Origin: Nitrospirales bacterium
GTDB taxonomy: Bacteria > Nitrospirota > Nitrospiria > Nitrospirales > UBA8639
DNA: 64,000 nucleotides
Direction: 5' to 3'
Assembly: GCA_963422365.1 (NCBI GenBank)
Contig: OY729426.1
Coordinates: 1,088,001 to 1,152,000 of the forward strand
Part shown: in pieces, positions 47,424 to 59,000 of the stretch
Layout of the letters: every line of letters starts with the position of its first letter
How positions within the stretch are numbered: the stretch's first letter is position 1
Position numbers and translations under genes: made by a program
The notes under the pieces: model-generated
What the model was told of the DNA's origin: nothing
Databases searched by the model: none
Seen by the model: the letters and a program-made list of their open reading frames with translations, nothing else

Positions 47424-48885
47424 ATGAACAAGAAAAAACCATGCCTGTGCTTCGCCCTGATCGCCACTGTGGCCGTGACCGGTGGCGGGGGGAGTAGGAG
47501 TACACCCCTTGAGAGTGGATCTGGCGGGGTCGTCAAGTCACGCCTGGCCTCCACGTCAATACCCGAAGTGGCTAAAGAAAATTCATCCGTTGCCCGGGGA
47601 GCGGAGGCCGGCATTAGAATCGTGGCTACAGCCCAACCTGTAGAAGGCAGCATCATGCAGGTATCAAATACGGACAAGAAGGTCGCGGCTACTAAGGATG
47701 GAAAGCTGTTTTTCAACAACAAGCCGGTTTACTCGGCGAAGGACCTCGACTTGGTAGAACTGATCTTAGAAAATCTTGATGCTAAAAAAGCATATCTCGA
47801 ACACGGGGGATGTGTTCACTGATGGATGGAGAGGCACAAGAGCTTTTCGGTCGAAACCAATGCAGGAACGATGTATTTGCGTCAGTATGGTGCCAATGTT
47901 TCCAGAGATGAGAATGGCCCTGGCTATTCCAGCGAGGAAGCGTGGATAAAATCGGAGTTGCCAGAAGAGTGGAAAGCATGGTGGGACAAACCACATCCTA
48001 CTAAAGATATTTGGGAAAGCACCCTCAACATTGAGTGAGAAAAGCTGCCGGACCGGACTGGAACATACGTGGCATGGGACATAGGCCAGAGTATACAAGG
48101 AGAGAAGGATGGCACGCTTGGGCAATTTTATTGTGGCGACGTCGGAATTCCCAGCGTAGGTTGTGGCCTCTACCTTGAAAATGGTCGTGTTGTGAACATG
48201 ATTATGCATGAAGTCGTTTTTGTTCCCGACGGTTTTGTTCCCACCACAAACGGAGCAGACGAATCCATGCAATCAGGACAAGCACGGGCCAAACGGGACA
48301 TCGGAAAAATAGCCGAAAGACTAAGGCACACTTGGAAAAAATGTATAACACCAGCTATCTATCCCTGGCCAGTTGGCTGTTCGTTCCGAAGAATGTCGAC
48401 AGCGTCAAGGACTATGAAGTCGTCGTCTACGCCAATGGCGAAGACCCGTTTGATCAGAACACCCTCAAGGGGCTGACCGGCTCTGCCATCTACAGTGGGG
48501 ATGCGATGGGTCTTCGTATGCACCGGCCCTCCGACGCTGCCGATCCGGTGATCAAGGAGTCACTGCGGCCGTCAACCTGACGGCCGACTTCGATGAAGGC
48601 CCGCTTGGGACTGTGAACGGGAAGGTGGACGACTTCAAGGTGGAGAACGAGCCGTGGAACATGACGCTGAAGCTGGAGGAAGCCAGCATCACGGATACCG
48701 AGGGGGGGCGCTTCACAGGAGGAACCAGCGCGGACGGCGGGTTCACAGGCAAATGGGGTGGCTAGTTCTTCGGCAACGGGGAAGCTGCGACTGACCAGCC
48801 TGGCTCCGCCGCCGGTATCTTCTGGGCTGCCAGGGACGATAGGAGTGAATGGTGTATCGGGTGCTTTGGGACGTGGAAGGAATAG
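47424..48885 (+). pseudogene. TbpB-like surface lipoprotein, fragmented
   Basis: Signal-like start with a GGGGS linker but no lipobox Cys. Later frames read GSAIYSGDA.G, VNLTADF, GTVNG, GKWGG*FFGN, PGSAAG; multiple stops and frameshifts. Confidence 0.6.
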
Positions 48886-48952
48886 ACGGAATAAGACGGC
48901 CTCTAACCTGCCTGCGTGTTGGCTATGGGTGCTGCCCGTCTCGTCCATCCGA

Positions 48953-50341
48953 ATGGCCTCCCCTTTCCTCTTCACCGTGCTGCCCAGGCTGCTGGGCGTA
49001 CTGGTCCTGGTCGCCGGTTTCTCCGTCTCGGGCTGGACCGAGCCCGCCCCACGGGCCGAGGCGTTGGCTGGAGCCAACGAGGAACCCAAGCCCTTGTCAG
49101 CGGTTGACCGGTCCCACCTCTCGGCCGACCCCCTGGTTCGCCATGCCTGGGCCTTGGTGGACACCGGGCGCTTTGCCACTGCCCTCGCCATCCTGCGCCC
49201 GCTCCTCGCCACGCACCCGGCTCAGACCGAGGTGCGGTTTCTCCTCGGCCTGGTGGCGATAGAGGCGGCTCAACAGCCGGAGACCACGGATGAAGCCACG
49301 CCCGCTCTCTTAGCCGAAGCCATTCGCGGCCCTGCGCGCCATCCTCATCGACCGGCCTGAACTCGTGCGCGTGCGTCTGGAACTGGCGAGCGCCTTCTTC
49401 CTCCAGCAAGAGGACGACTTGGCCCGCGACCAGTTTGAGCGGGTCCTAGCCAGCCAGCCCCCAGCCGCCGTGGTGTCTAATGTCCAGCGGTTTTTGTCGG
49501 CGATGCGGGCCCGACGCCGCTGGAGCGGCTACGTGAGCGTTGCCCTGGCCCAGGATACCAACATCAACGCCGCCTCGGACGCAGAAGTCATCTATCTCAA
49601 CGGCCTGCCGTTCCGCCGGAATGCAGCGGACCGGGCCAGTTCCGGCATCGGCGTGGTGGGCTGGGCCGGCGTGGACTATCAATATCCCCTGATGGCCCGC
49701 CTGCGGCTGCGCACAGGGCTTGATCTCGCCCATCGGGAATACAGTGGCACCGCGTTCGATCAGACTTTTGTCTCGGGCTACCTCGGGCCACGCTGGCTGC
49801 TACCCGGGCCACCGACCTTAGCTGCTTCGCCTCTCTGAATCGGGCCTGGTTGGCCGGTGCGGGCTTCAGCTACGCTCTCGGCACTCGCCTCGAACTCGCC
49901 CACTGGTTCACGGCCTGTCTCAGGGCGACAGGCCGCTCCTCGCGCTCTCCCTCGGGGGGACCTACATCCTCACGCCGACCGTGCGAACCGAGGCCTTGGT
50001 GGGCTATACCCGCCAACGCTCGCAAGCGAAGGTCTGGCGCAATACAGGGGTCTGGACGCGGCTGTGGGCCTTCGTGGCGTTGCCCTGGGGCTTCACACCC
50101 TGGCAGGGAGCGGGGAACTGCGCTGGACGACCTTCGAGGGCCGCTGGGCACCGTTCACGCCCAATGGCGCATCGCGCGCAGACCGTACCCGAATCCTGCG
50201 AGCCTCCGTGCTGAATCGTGCCATGACCCTGTGGGGCTTCAGCCTCCAACTCGTGCTGGTGCATGAGGCGCGCGCCTCCAACGCGCGGTTGTACGACTAG
50301 ACGCGCAACCCGCCGAAGTGCGTTTCGTGCGGCAGTTTTAG
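48953..50341 (+). pseudogene. Slam/DUF560 outer-membrane translocon (TPR plus beta-barrel), fragmented
   Basis: FLLG, RVRLELASAFF, DTNINAAS, C-terminal RFVRQF*; spread over several frames with an internal TAG. Confidence 0.75.
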
Positions 50342-50398
50342 GCCACCCTGGACATCCACTCCCCCTTTTTCCTGTAAAGCGGTATCCTGGTTTATGGC

Positions 50399-50550
50399 CA
50401 CGGGGACATGTCTTATGCCATTGTATGTGTAGGGCCGCATCTCATGCGGCTCAGAAAAAGGCGCGATGAGATGGCGCTGCGACAAAAGAGAGGGAAGAAG
50501 GCGCCATGAGGTATGTCCCTGCCTGTGAACAGGGATCTCGACCTACAAAA
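50399..50550. repeat. GTAG-type REPIN-like composite element
   Basis: GTAGGGCCGCATCTCATGCGGCTCAG (50429) plus GGGACATGTCTTATG / CATGAGGTATGTCCCT modules, ending CCTACAAAA. Confidence 0.7.
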
Positions 50551-50553
50551 AGC

Positions 50554-51564
50554 TTACCCGAACAAATCTTGATCTTTACTCTTGCCGAAGTGCTGGTAGG
50601 CTTTGGCCGTGAGTTGGCGGCCACGGGCGGTGCGGTCTAGGTACCCGGCTTGGAGGAGAAAGGGTTCATACACGTCTTCGAGTGTGGCTTTTTCTTCTTG
50701 GACCGCAGTGGCTAGGGTGTCCGCCCCGACTGGCCCACCGTTAAATTTTTCCAAGAGGGTTAACAAGATTTTGCGATCCATTTCGTCAAACCCTGCGCCA
50801 TCCACACCCAGCCAGTGCAGCGCCTCTTGGGCCACCTTCTGGGTAATGGTGCCTTCGGCTTTGACTTCAGCAAAGTCTCTGACCCGCTTGATCAGCCTGT
50901 TGGCGATGCGTGGTGTCCCACGTGCGCGCCTGCTGATTTCCATCGCGCCTTCGGATTCGATGGCCACGTTCAACAGGCCTGCCGAGCGGTTGACGATAAT
51001 TTCCAATTCCTCAGGCGTATAGAAGTCGAGCCGATACACCAATCCGAACCGTTCACGAAGCGGGGAGGTCAGGGCGCCGGCTTTTGTGGTGGCGCCGACT
51101 AGGGTAAACGGGGGAAGATCCAGCTTCATGGTGCGGGTGGCTGGTCCTTGGCCGATGACGAGATCAATTTGACAATCCTCCATGGCGGGATACAACGCTT
51201 CTTCGACGGCCGCCGGCAGGCGGTGAATTTCATCGATAAACAAGACGTCGTGGGCTTGGAGATTCGCTAAAATCGCGGCGAGGTCTCCGGCATGGTTGAG
51301 GACGAGCCCGGAGGTCGAGCGAATGCCGCCCCCCATTTCTTTGGCAATGATATGCGCGATAGTCGTCTTGCCCAGTCCAGGTGGGCCGTAGAAAATGGCG
51401 TGGTCTAGCGGTTCGCCTCGACGGTGTGCGGCTTGGATGCAGACCCGAAGCGATTCCTTCATGCGCGCCTGGCCGATATAGTCTTCCAGTGTTTGTGGGC
51501 GCAGAGAGCTTTCGGTATTTTGCTCTTCTTCGAGTCTGTGGTTGGTGACGACACGATCTCCCAT
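50554..51564 (-). CDS. ruvB: Holliday junction branch migration helicase
   Basis: [45 protein letters not shown]. Confidence 0.97.
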   Translation of the reverse strand: MGDRVVTNHRLEEEQNTESSLRPQTLEDYIGQARMKESLRVCIQAAHRRGEPLDHAIFYGPPGLGKTTIAHIIAKEMGGGIRSTSGLVLNHAGDLAAILANLQAHDVLFIDEIHRLPAAVEEALYPAMEDCQIDLVIGQGPATRTMKLDLPPFTLVGATTKAGALTSPLRERFGLVYRLDFYTPEELEIIVNRSAGLLNVAIESEGAMEISRRARGTPRIANRLIKRVRDFAEVKAEGTITQKVAQEALHWLGVDGAGFDEMDRKILLTLLEKFNGGPVGADTLATAVQEEKATLEDVYEPFLLQAGYLDRTARGRQLTAKAYQHFGKSKDQDLFG

Positions 51565-51648
51565 GAAAGCCACTCGGAAGCCGTCTGGTTGGACAATGGG
51601 CTGTGGGCAAGAAGAGCCTCCCACCCAAGATCGATGCATGAGAGGCGT

Positions 51649-52176
51649 TTACGGAAATTGAAATTCGACGTTAATGTCCCGCCCCAGGTAGTTCACAAGA
51701 AATCCTTGGTTTTGGTAGTGCAACATTGCCCCCATGACGTTTTCATCTCCAATGTCTTCGGGCCCCAACAGTTCACGGATTTCTTGCGCACTTTGGGCTG
51801 TGAGCACCCGCCGGAAAATCCCCCGGATTTTATGGGCAAAGCGATTATTGATGAAAATCAAGTCGACGCGGCCATCCATGATCCGGACACCAGCCATGGC
51901 CCCGGTGGGGTTCGATTGATCCCACAACAACACGAAGACACCTTCTTGCTCAGCTCGGACTCCAGAAATTTTTTCATTGATCAGCATTTCCACGGCATCG
52001 ATTTCAGAGTCTCCCAATCGTACGCCATACAGAGAAACGGTCGTGCTGTCGACATCTGCGGGTTTTTGAACGTTATTCCTTGTGAGTTCGTATTTCTTGG
52101 CCAAGACTTCAGTGGAGACCAACGGCCCTCCCACTCCCACCAAAAAGGCCAATCCAATCAATGACAGTATGTGCAT
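51649..52176 (-). CDS. Hypothetical exported protein
   Basis: GGAGGAG RBS; signal peptide ending VLA. Confidence 0.65.
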   Translation of the reverse strand: MHILSLIGLAFLVGVGGPLVSTEVLAKKYELTRNNVQKPADVDSTTVSLYGVRLGDSEIDAVEMLINEKISGVRAEQEGVFVLLWDQSNPTGAMAGVRIMDGRVDLIFINNRFAHKIRGIFRRVLTAQSAQEIRELLGPEDIGDENVMGAMLHYQNQGFLVNYLGRDINVEFQFP

Positions 52177-52407
52177 GGAATGCTCCTCCCCCAGCCTGGT
52201 AAAAAACCCTCTCTTGCATTACGAAACTGGAATACCAACCAGATGACTCTGTCAGTGTAACGAACGGTCTGTGCAGAATCAAATAGACGAAAAGCCTGAG
52301 ATGAGAAGCAGAAGAGCCAGCCGCTTCCCGTAAGGCGATGATGGGCTATGGTATAGTATACTCCAACTTTTTCGACCCTTTTTTGACCGGGTGTCTTCAC
52401 CAAGTTT

Positions 52408-54918
52408 ATGAGCCGACATATTCATATTAAAGGGGCCCGCGAGCATAATCTCAAAAACCTCGATGTGGTGATCCCGCGCGATCAATTGGTCGTGGTGACA
52501 GGGTTGAGCGGGTCTGGCAAGTCGTCACTCAACTTTGACACGATTTACGCCGAGGGGCAGCGGCGGTACGTCGAGTCGTTATCAGCCTACGCGCGCCAAT
52601 TTTTAGAACAAATGGGCAAGCCCGATGTCGATTCGATTGAAGGCCTCTCTCCCGCCATTTCCATTGAGCAAAAAAATACCAGCCATAATCCCCGGTCTAC
52701 GGTCGGGACCGTCACGGACATTTATGATTATCTTCGCTTGCTCTTTGCCAGAGTGGGGCAACCCTTTTGCGTTCAGTGCGGGCAGCCGATCGCGGCCCAG
52801 ACCGTTCAGCAGATGGTTGATGCTATTGGCGCGTTGCCGGCCGGGTCGAAGTTTCAAGTCGTCGCCCCGATCGTACGGGGGCGGAAAGGGGAATATCGAA
52901 AGGAATTAGCCGAAGCTCGGCGTGCCGGCTACGTGCGAGCCAGGATTGATGATAAACTTGTCGGCCTTGATGAGGCGATCACGCTGGATAAACAGCGGAA
53001 ACATACGATTGAGATTATCGTGGATCGACTGATCATGAAAGACGAGGAATCGCTGCGGCGGCGGTTGGCGGATTCGGTCGAGACGGCCTTGAAATTGACC
53101 CAAGGCTTGGTGGGGATTCTGACTGACGAGCATGGGGTTGTGCTGTATAGCGAACGGTTGGCCTGTATTCATTGCGGCGTCAGTTATCCGGAAATGGCGC
53201 CACGGGTCTTTTCGTTTAACAGCCCTCATGGAGCGTGTCCCGCGTGTGATGGGATCGGCTATGAGGTGTCCGTTTGTCCGGAGGGGCAGGAGTATTCCGA
53301 TAGGACTGTATGCCCGGTGTGTCAGGGGGCTCGACTGAAGGCGGAAAGTTTAGCCGTCAGAGTTGGCGGGAAATCCATAGCCGAAGTCACGCGGCTTTCG
53401 ATTCGTGAGGCCGAGACGTTTTTCGAATGTTTGGCCTTCACCGAACGGGATCAATTGATCGGTCAGCCCATCTTAAAAGAAATTCGAGAACGGTTGGAGT
53501 TTTTACTCAACGTGGGGTTGGATTATCTCACGTTGAATCGAGCCGCCGCGACCCTGTCGGGTGGGGAAGGACAACGCATTCGACTGGCCACTCAAATCGG
53601 GTCGGGGCTGGTGGGGGTGTTGTACATCCTCGATGAGCCAAGTATCGGCCTGCATCAACGGGATCAGCATCGGTTGCTTCAAACCTTGCTTCGGCTCCGC
53701 GACCTGGGCAATACCGTGTTGGTGGTGGAGCATGATGCCGCAACCATGCGTGCGGCCGATCATCTTGTCGATATGGGCCCCGGTGCTGGAGTGCATGGCG
53801 GGTATGTCGTGGCGCAAGGCTCGCCTGCAGAGGTGATGAACCATCCCGACTCGCTGACCGGGCACTATTTGCGTGGGGGCAAACAGGTCGCGTTGCCGGA
53901 ACGAACCCGCCAACCCAAAGGGTCGCTCACCATCGTCGGAGCCAACAAGCACAATTTGAAATCGGTGAATGCCCGGATTCCGCTTGGGCTGTTGACTTGC
54001 GTCACCGGCGTCTCCGGGTCCGGTAAGAGCACCCTGGTGCTGGAAGTCTTGTTCCCCTCGCTTTCGCAATTGCTGTATCAGAAAAACCCTAAGATGGAAG
54101 GCTGTCGGGCGCTGAAGGGGGCTGATGCCTTGGATAAGGTGATCGATATCGATCAATCACCGATCGGCCGTACGCCGCGGTCCAATCCCGCCACGTACAC
54201 GGGGGTCTTCACCTTTATTCGAGATGTGTTCGCCGGGTTGCCGGAGTCGCGTGTCCGTGGCTATCGGCCCGGGCGCTATAGCTTCAATGTCAAAGGTGGT
54301 CGGTGCGAAGCGTGCCAGGGTGAGGGCCTTCTCAAAATCGAAATGCATTTTTTGCCCGATGTGTATGTCACCTGCGAAGCGTGTAAGGGACGGCGATATA
54401 ATCGGGAAACCCTGGATGTCCGACACAAAGGAAACACGATTGCGGACATTTTAGAGATGACCGTGACAGAAGCCTTGGAATTTTTTGCTCACATCCCGCC
54501 GATCGCGAGAAAACTGCAGACGTTGGCCGATGTCGGGTTGCACTATATCAAGCTCGGGCAATCGGCTACGACGTTATCGGGTGGCGAGGCGCAACGCGTG
54601 AAACTCAGTCGTGAGCTCTCCAAGCGGGCCACGGGACGAACCTTGTACATTTTAGATGAGCCGACGACGGGGTTGCATTTTGCGGATGTGCAACGTCTTC
54701 TCGACGTCTTGAATCGGTTAGTCGAACATGGGAATACCGTGCTCGTGATTGAACATAATTTGGATGTGATTCGAAATGCGGACTGGATCGTCGATTTAGG
54801 CCCGGATGGGGGAGATGGCGGGGGGGAGATTGTGGAAGAAGGCCCTCCTCCCGCTTTGATTCAATCCGGGACTTCCTGGACGGCGCAAGTGTTACGAGAA
54901 GAAGGCCGAGTCGCCTGA
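52408..54918 (+). CDS. uvrA: Excinuclease ABC subunit A (short form)
   Basis: [29 protein letters not shown], two ABC cassettes, Zn fingers. Confidence 0.97.
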   Translation: MSRHIHIKGAREHNLKNLDVVIPRDQLVVVTGLSGSGKSSLNFDTIYAEGQRRYVESLSAYARQFLEQMGKPDVDSIEGLSPAISIEQKNTSHNPRSTVGTVTDIYDYLRLLFARVGQPFCVQCGQPIAAQTVQQMVDAIGALPAGSKFQVVAPIVRGRKGEYRKELAEARRAGYVRARIDDKLVGLDEAITLDKQRKHTIEIIVDRLIMKDEESLRRRLADSVETALKLTQGLVGILTDEHGVVLYSERLACIHCGVSYPEMAPRVFSFNSPHGACPACDGIGYEVSVCPEGQEYSDRTVCPVCQGARLKAESLAVRVGGKSIAEVTRLSIREAETFFECLAFTERDQLIGQPILKEIRERLEFLLNVGLDYLTLNRAAATLSGGEGQRIRLATQIGSGLVGVLYILDEPSIGLHQRDQHRLLQTLLRLRDLGNTVLVVEHDAATMRAADHLVDMGPGAGVHGGYVVAQGSPAEVMNHPDSLTGHYLRGGKQVALPERTRQPKGSLTIVGANKHNLKSVNARIPLGLLTCVTGVSGSGKSTLVLEVLFPSLSQLLYQKNPKMEGCRALKGADALDKVIDIDQSPIGRTPRSNPATYTGVFTFIRDVFAGLPESRVRGYRPGRYSFNVKGGRCEACQGEGLLKIEMHFLPDVYVTCEACKGRRYNRETLDVRHKGNTIADILEMTVTEALEFFAHIPPIARKLQTLADVGLHYIKLGQSATTLSGGEAQRVKLSRELSKRATGRTLYILDEPTTGLHFADVQRLLDVLNRLVEHGNTVLVIEHNLDVIRNADWIVDLGPDGGDGGGEIVEEGPPPALIQSGTSWTAQVLREEGRVA

Positions 54919-55009
54919 TGCAGGGTCATGAATGTTTTTCTTCTGTGTTCCTGCAAAGACTCTGGATTTCTACCCCGCTCGGGGGCGAGGACATGCCAGA
55001 AGCGCTCTT

Positions 55010-55345
55010 TTAGCTGAAATTGATCAGGGCCAATAGGGTCAAGATGCCCAGTATATATGGAATCATGCAAGCATAACAGACCACTTTCAGCGGCGCGATG
55101 CCCGTGAGAGCGGTATGCCGGGTTTGATGCTCTTTGTAAATAAATTCATAGACCAGAATGATGACTGCGAAGGTGAGGGTCATGACTCGACTGGAACGGG
55201 GCCACGTATAGGCCCCGCTGAGTATGAAGTCCATCGTAAAAAAGCCGCTCCAGGCTGAGAGAAGGATGGCTAGCGCGAGGTTGACGAAGGCAGAAAGGGG
55301 CAATTTCCCGAGTCTTGTTTCTTGTGAGTCTGGGATGGCGTTCAT
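55010..55345 (-). CDS. Hypothetical membrane protein
   Basis: Three hydrophobic segments. Confidence 0.55.
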   Translation of the reverse strand: MNAIPDSQETRLGKLPLSAFVNLALAILLSAWSGFFTMDFILSGAYTWPRSSRVMTLTFAVIILVYEFIYKEHQTRHTALTGIAPLKVVCYACMIPYILGILTLLALINFS

Positions 55346-55362
55346 GCCCCGATGGTCAAGGT

Positions 55363-55623
55363 CTACGGCTGCTCGATGGGTGCAGCTTTTACGAGAGTGT
55401 GCTCGCAGTTGAGGCACACGCGGGGCTGTCGTTTGAGGAATTTCACCTTTCCGCTGACGAGACACGCATAGTGCACGAACCGATGGCACACTGAACAGCG
55501 TTCCCATCCCCCCTTGAGCATGGTGGTGTTTCGATACAGCCCTTGATGGCACACCCCACAGTTCTCAGGCTCAATGCCCAAAAGAAGGGATTTCCATTCG
55601 CCGGCACCTTTCCGAATACTCAT
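55363..55623 (-). CDS. Small Cys-rich zinc-finger-like protein
   Basis: CGVC, CSVC...H..C, CLNC (PHD/RING-like spacing). Confidence 0.6.
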   Translation of the reverse strand: MSIRKGAGEWKSLLLGIEPENCGVCHQGLYRNTTMLKGGWERCSVCHRFVHYACLVSGKVKFLKRQPRVCLNCEHTLVKAAPIEQP

Positions 55624-55842
55624 AGAGTATGAAGTATAGCCCGAGGATCAGGGTCATGACAAATGTCTTGTCATGACCCGCCCAGGCCCTTCCCGCTCTT
55701 TTGTCGCGGCGCGATCCCCGCTCGGGGGGCATGCTTCATCGTGTCTTCTGGCGGCATACGATGCCACCCTCCATTGTTTGACACCCCCCTGGGCCTTTGT
55801 TACGTTCTCGAATCCGCGAAAATCTTTTCGGAAAGGCATTCC

Positions 55843-56739
55843 ATGTCCGTGGATATTGGGAAATACCTTGGCCAAAAACGGGATATTGTTGATCGATATT
55901 TAGAAGCCCACCTTCCTGATCCGCGAACCCAGCCGGCTATCTTGCACGAGGCCATTCGGTACAGTCTGCTGGCTGGGGGAAAACGTATTCGGCCTGCCTT
56001 GGCGATTGCCACGGCGGAGGCGATCGGGCCTCCGCCTGCCTCATTGCTTCCTGTGGCCTGCGCGTTTGAGTTTATTCATACGTATTCGCTGATTCATGAC
56101 GATTTGCCGGCGATGGATAACGACGATTTTCGCCGTGGGCGAGCCACGAATCACAAAGTCTATGGAGAAGGACTCGCGATTTTGGCAGGAGACGGGTTGC
56201 AAGCCATGGCGTTTGAATGGTGTAGCCGTGCCGATCTCGTGACGGATTTAGACCCGCGGTGTCAGGTTCAGGTTATCGCAGAGCTTGCAATGGGGTCTGG
56301 TCATGCAGGAATGGTGGGTGGACAAGTGCTGGACATTCAAGCTGAAAATCGGAAGGTTGAATTAGCGGAATTGCACATGATTCATGTGCAGAAAACGGGA
56401 AAACTGATTCGTGCCGCGGTGCGAGCCGGTGCGCTCCTGTCCGGGGGCAACATGACGCAGCTTGAGCATCTGACCGGCTATGCCGAAGATATTGGCTTGG
56501 CTTTTCAGATTGCGGATGATGTGTTGAATGTGACGGGCACGCGGGAGGAATTGGGCAAAGATGCCAAGACGGATAGCGAACGGGGCAAGCAGACGTATCC
56601 CTCGATTTATGGTCTTGAGGGTGCCCAAACCCTTGCCCAGGAATGTGCCGATCGCGCCATTGGTCGACTTCGCGGCTTTGATGAGAAGGCCGATCCGTTA
56701 AGAGCAATGGCACAATATATCGTCAGCCGCAGAAATTAA
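55843..56739 (+). CDS. ispA: Geranyltranstransferase / polyprenyl synthase
   Basis: GGKRIRP, HTYSLIHDDLPAMDNDDFRRG, KTG, AFQIADD. Confidence 0.92.
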   Translation: MSVDIGKYLGQKRDIVDRYLEAHLPDPRTQPAILHEAIRYSLLAGGKRIRPALAIATAEAIGPPPASLLPVACAFEFIHTYSLIHDDLPAMDNDDFRRGRATNHKVYGEGLAILAGDGLQAMAFEWCSRADLVTDLDPRCQVQVIAELAMGSGHAGMVGGQVLDIQAENRKVELAELHMIHVQKTGKLIRAAVRAGALLSGGNMTQLEHLTGYAEDIGLAFQIADDVLNVTGTREELGKDAKTDSERGKQTYPSIYGLEGAQTLAQECADRAIGRLRGFDEKADPLRAMAQYIVSRRN

Positions 56740-56766
56740 CGGTCACCTCATTCGGAATAGGACGAA

Positions 56767-57061
56767 GATCTTTCCTGCAAAGAAGGTGGAAGTGGCCGGC
56801 TTGATCGGATGTTCAAAGAGCCAGCCGATAGGCGAGCAGAATCTTTGCCCCGGATCACAAGGAACTCCAAAATCTATTTTGCCGTCTTCTAGGCGTCTAA
56901 TCAAACCAAGTGCAAGGTTATCTCCGAACTCGCTCCTAACGTTGTGGTTGCCGAAACGGAGCGTCAACAGGATAGCAGCGAGAAATGCGATTTCTCATGT
57001 TGGGTTTTCCATTGACTGGGCTCGCAAGAACGGGCGAACCGTGTATGAAGATCAATCTTAA
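56767..57061 (+). pseudogene. Possible restriction endonuclease C-terminal remnant
   Basis: Manual translation LSCKEGGSGRLDRMFK..RITRNSKIYFAVF* then a frameshift to RNAISHVGFSIDWARKNG; lies directly before a DNA methyltransferase. Confidence 0.4.
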
Positions 57062-57157
57062 ACGCACATGGTGTTGTCCCTGCCCGTTATTTCCCCGTGC
57101 GACGTGGTCTCTGGCGGTCTTGGTTGGGCATCAGACTGAGAGGAGAAATCACAAACA

Positions 57158-57937
57158 ATGCTTGCTCATGATCGAATTTACCACGCGGATGCACAAATCG
57201 ATGACGAATCCGTCGATCTGATTATTTGCGATGGTCCCTATGGGGTGACCACCAACAACTGGGACAGAATCGGCAATAGACAGGAGTTTGACCTGAAGAC
57301 GATCAGGAATTTTGCTCCTAAACTCAAAGAAGGCGGCGCGCTCTATCTGTTTGGAAAACCAAACTGCCTTGACTTCATCGACTACCGCCCGTTCCTCAAT
57401 CTTCGATCTAGAATCGTGTGGTATCAGCCGAGCCGGTTGGCTCAGGGACGGATCAATTATACGAACTATGACGTGATCTGCTACTTTATCAAAGGGAGCC
57501 GACCGGCGATGTTTAATCTTGACGCAATCCGGGTCGCTCAACTTGTCGACATGGAACACCGACTGCGATGTGAACGAGTCCCTTCCGTCACGAACGGGCG
57601 ATTTGGTAAAACGAAATTGCACGGTCAGGGCAAAAATCCCGGCGACGTCTGGGGTAACATCAAGCAATTGACCTACAAGTCAAAAAAGCTGGTCAGCAGG
57701 GAAACACTCAGCACGGTTTAAAAACCGGAAAAACTGATGGAGAGATTGATCAAAGCAAGCTCTGTCGAAGGTAATCTTGTTCTTGATCCATTGATCGGGG
57801 TTGGGACGTGTCCTGCTGTATGCCGAAGGTTCGGCAGGCACTTCATTGGGTTCGAGAAGAACAAGCATTACGTTGAAGCGGCAAACGCTAGGCTGAGAGA
57901 AGTGGAGAACGACTTGGTAAAAAACCTGTTTTTTTAA
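57158..57937 (+). pseudogene. Beta-class amino-DNA methyltransferase with an internal nonsense codon
   Basis: VDLIICDGPYG, NPGDVW, then TAA (57719-57721) in frame with KPEKLMERLI..VLDPLIGVGT..FIGFE. Confidence 0.85.
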
Positions 57938-57947
57938 TTTCCTCATC

Positions 57948-58934
57948 ATGAAAGCACTCGTCACCGGAGCAACGGGTTTTATCGGATCGGCCGTGTCTCG
58001 TGCGTTGATTCAGGCCGGCACGGAGGTCAGGGGGTTGGTCCGGCCTGGAACCGACCGGAAGGCCCTGGATGGGCTGGCAATTGAAACCGTGTCCGGTGAT
58101 TTAGGCGATGCGGCTTCCCTTCGGTCGGCTCTTCATGGCTGCCGGCAGTTGTATCATGTAGCAGCGCATTATGCTTTGTGGGCTCGTGATCCCTCCGTCT
58201 TCTACAAAGTGAACGTCGAGGGCACCAAGGCCTTACTCACTGCGGCGAGAGGGGCAGGGATTGAACGTATTGTGTATACAAGTACGATCGGCGCGATTGG
58301 GTTGCCCCAAGGTGGGGGATTAGGCACTGAAGAGACTGCGGTCTCCTTGGCCCAGATGGCAGGGGATTATAAACGCTCCAAGTATTTTGCTGAGCAAGCA
58401 GTCATGAAGTTGGCAAAGGCGGGATTGCCCGTTGTGATTGTGAATCCTTCGGCTCCGGTGGGGGTGTACGACGTGAAGCCGACTCCGACGGGGCAAATCA
58501 TTGTTGATTTTATGAAAGGGCGAATGGTGGCTTATCTTGAAACCGGCATGAATCTCATCGATGTGGAAGACGTGGCCATGGGCCACATCCGAGCCATGGA
58601 GCGTGGACGGGTGGGTGAACGGTACATCCTCGGTTGTCGCAATCTGATGCTGAAAGACGTGTTTGAGCTATTGAGCAGGTTGACGGGAGTCAAGTCGCCG
58701 AAGCTGAAGCTTCCTCGCAGGTTGATCCTGCCCTTGGCCCATGTCAACAAGTGGATTGCGGATTATGTGACGCATCACACCCCGCGCATTCCGCTTGAGG
58801 GAGTCCGCATGGCTCGGTACGTGATGCATTATGATTGCTCCAAGGCTATTCGAGACCTGGGGTTACCCCAGACTCCGGTGGAGGTGGCCTTGGAAAAGGC
58901 GGTCAAATGGTTTCGGGATCATCGTTATGCGTAA
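57948..58934 (+). CDS. hpnA: Hopanoid-associated NAD-dependent epimerase/dehydratase
   Basis: TGATGFIG, HVAAHYALW, YKRSK, VNPSAPVG..DVKPTPTG. Confidence 0.85.
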   Translation: MKALVTGATGFIGSAVSRALIQAGTEVRGLVRPGTDRKALDGLAIETVSGDLGDAASLRSALHGCRQLYHVAAHYALWARDPSVFYKVNVEGTKALLTAARGAGIERIVYTSTIGAIGLPQGGGLGTEETAVSLAQMAGDYKRSKYFAEQAVMKLAKAGLPVVIVNPSAPVGVYDVKPTPTGQIIVDFMKGRMVAYLETGMNLIDVEDVAMGHIRAMERGRVGERYILGCRNLMLKDVFELLSRLTGVKSPKLKLPRRLILPLAHVNKWIADYVTHHTPRIPLEGVRMARYVMHYDCSKAIRDLGLPQTPVEVALEKAVKWFRDHRYA

Positions 58935-59000
58935 CGGGTACTGCGACAAGAAAACTCCGTCTTCAGATCCTTTCCTGCTTGTGAATGAGCGAACCTACCC

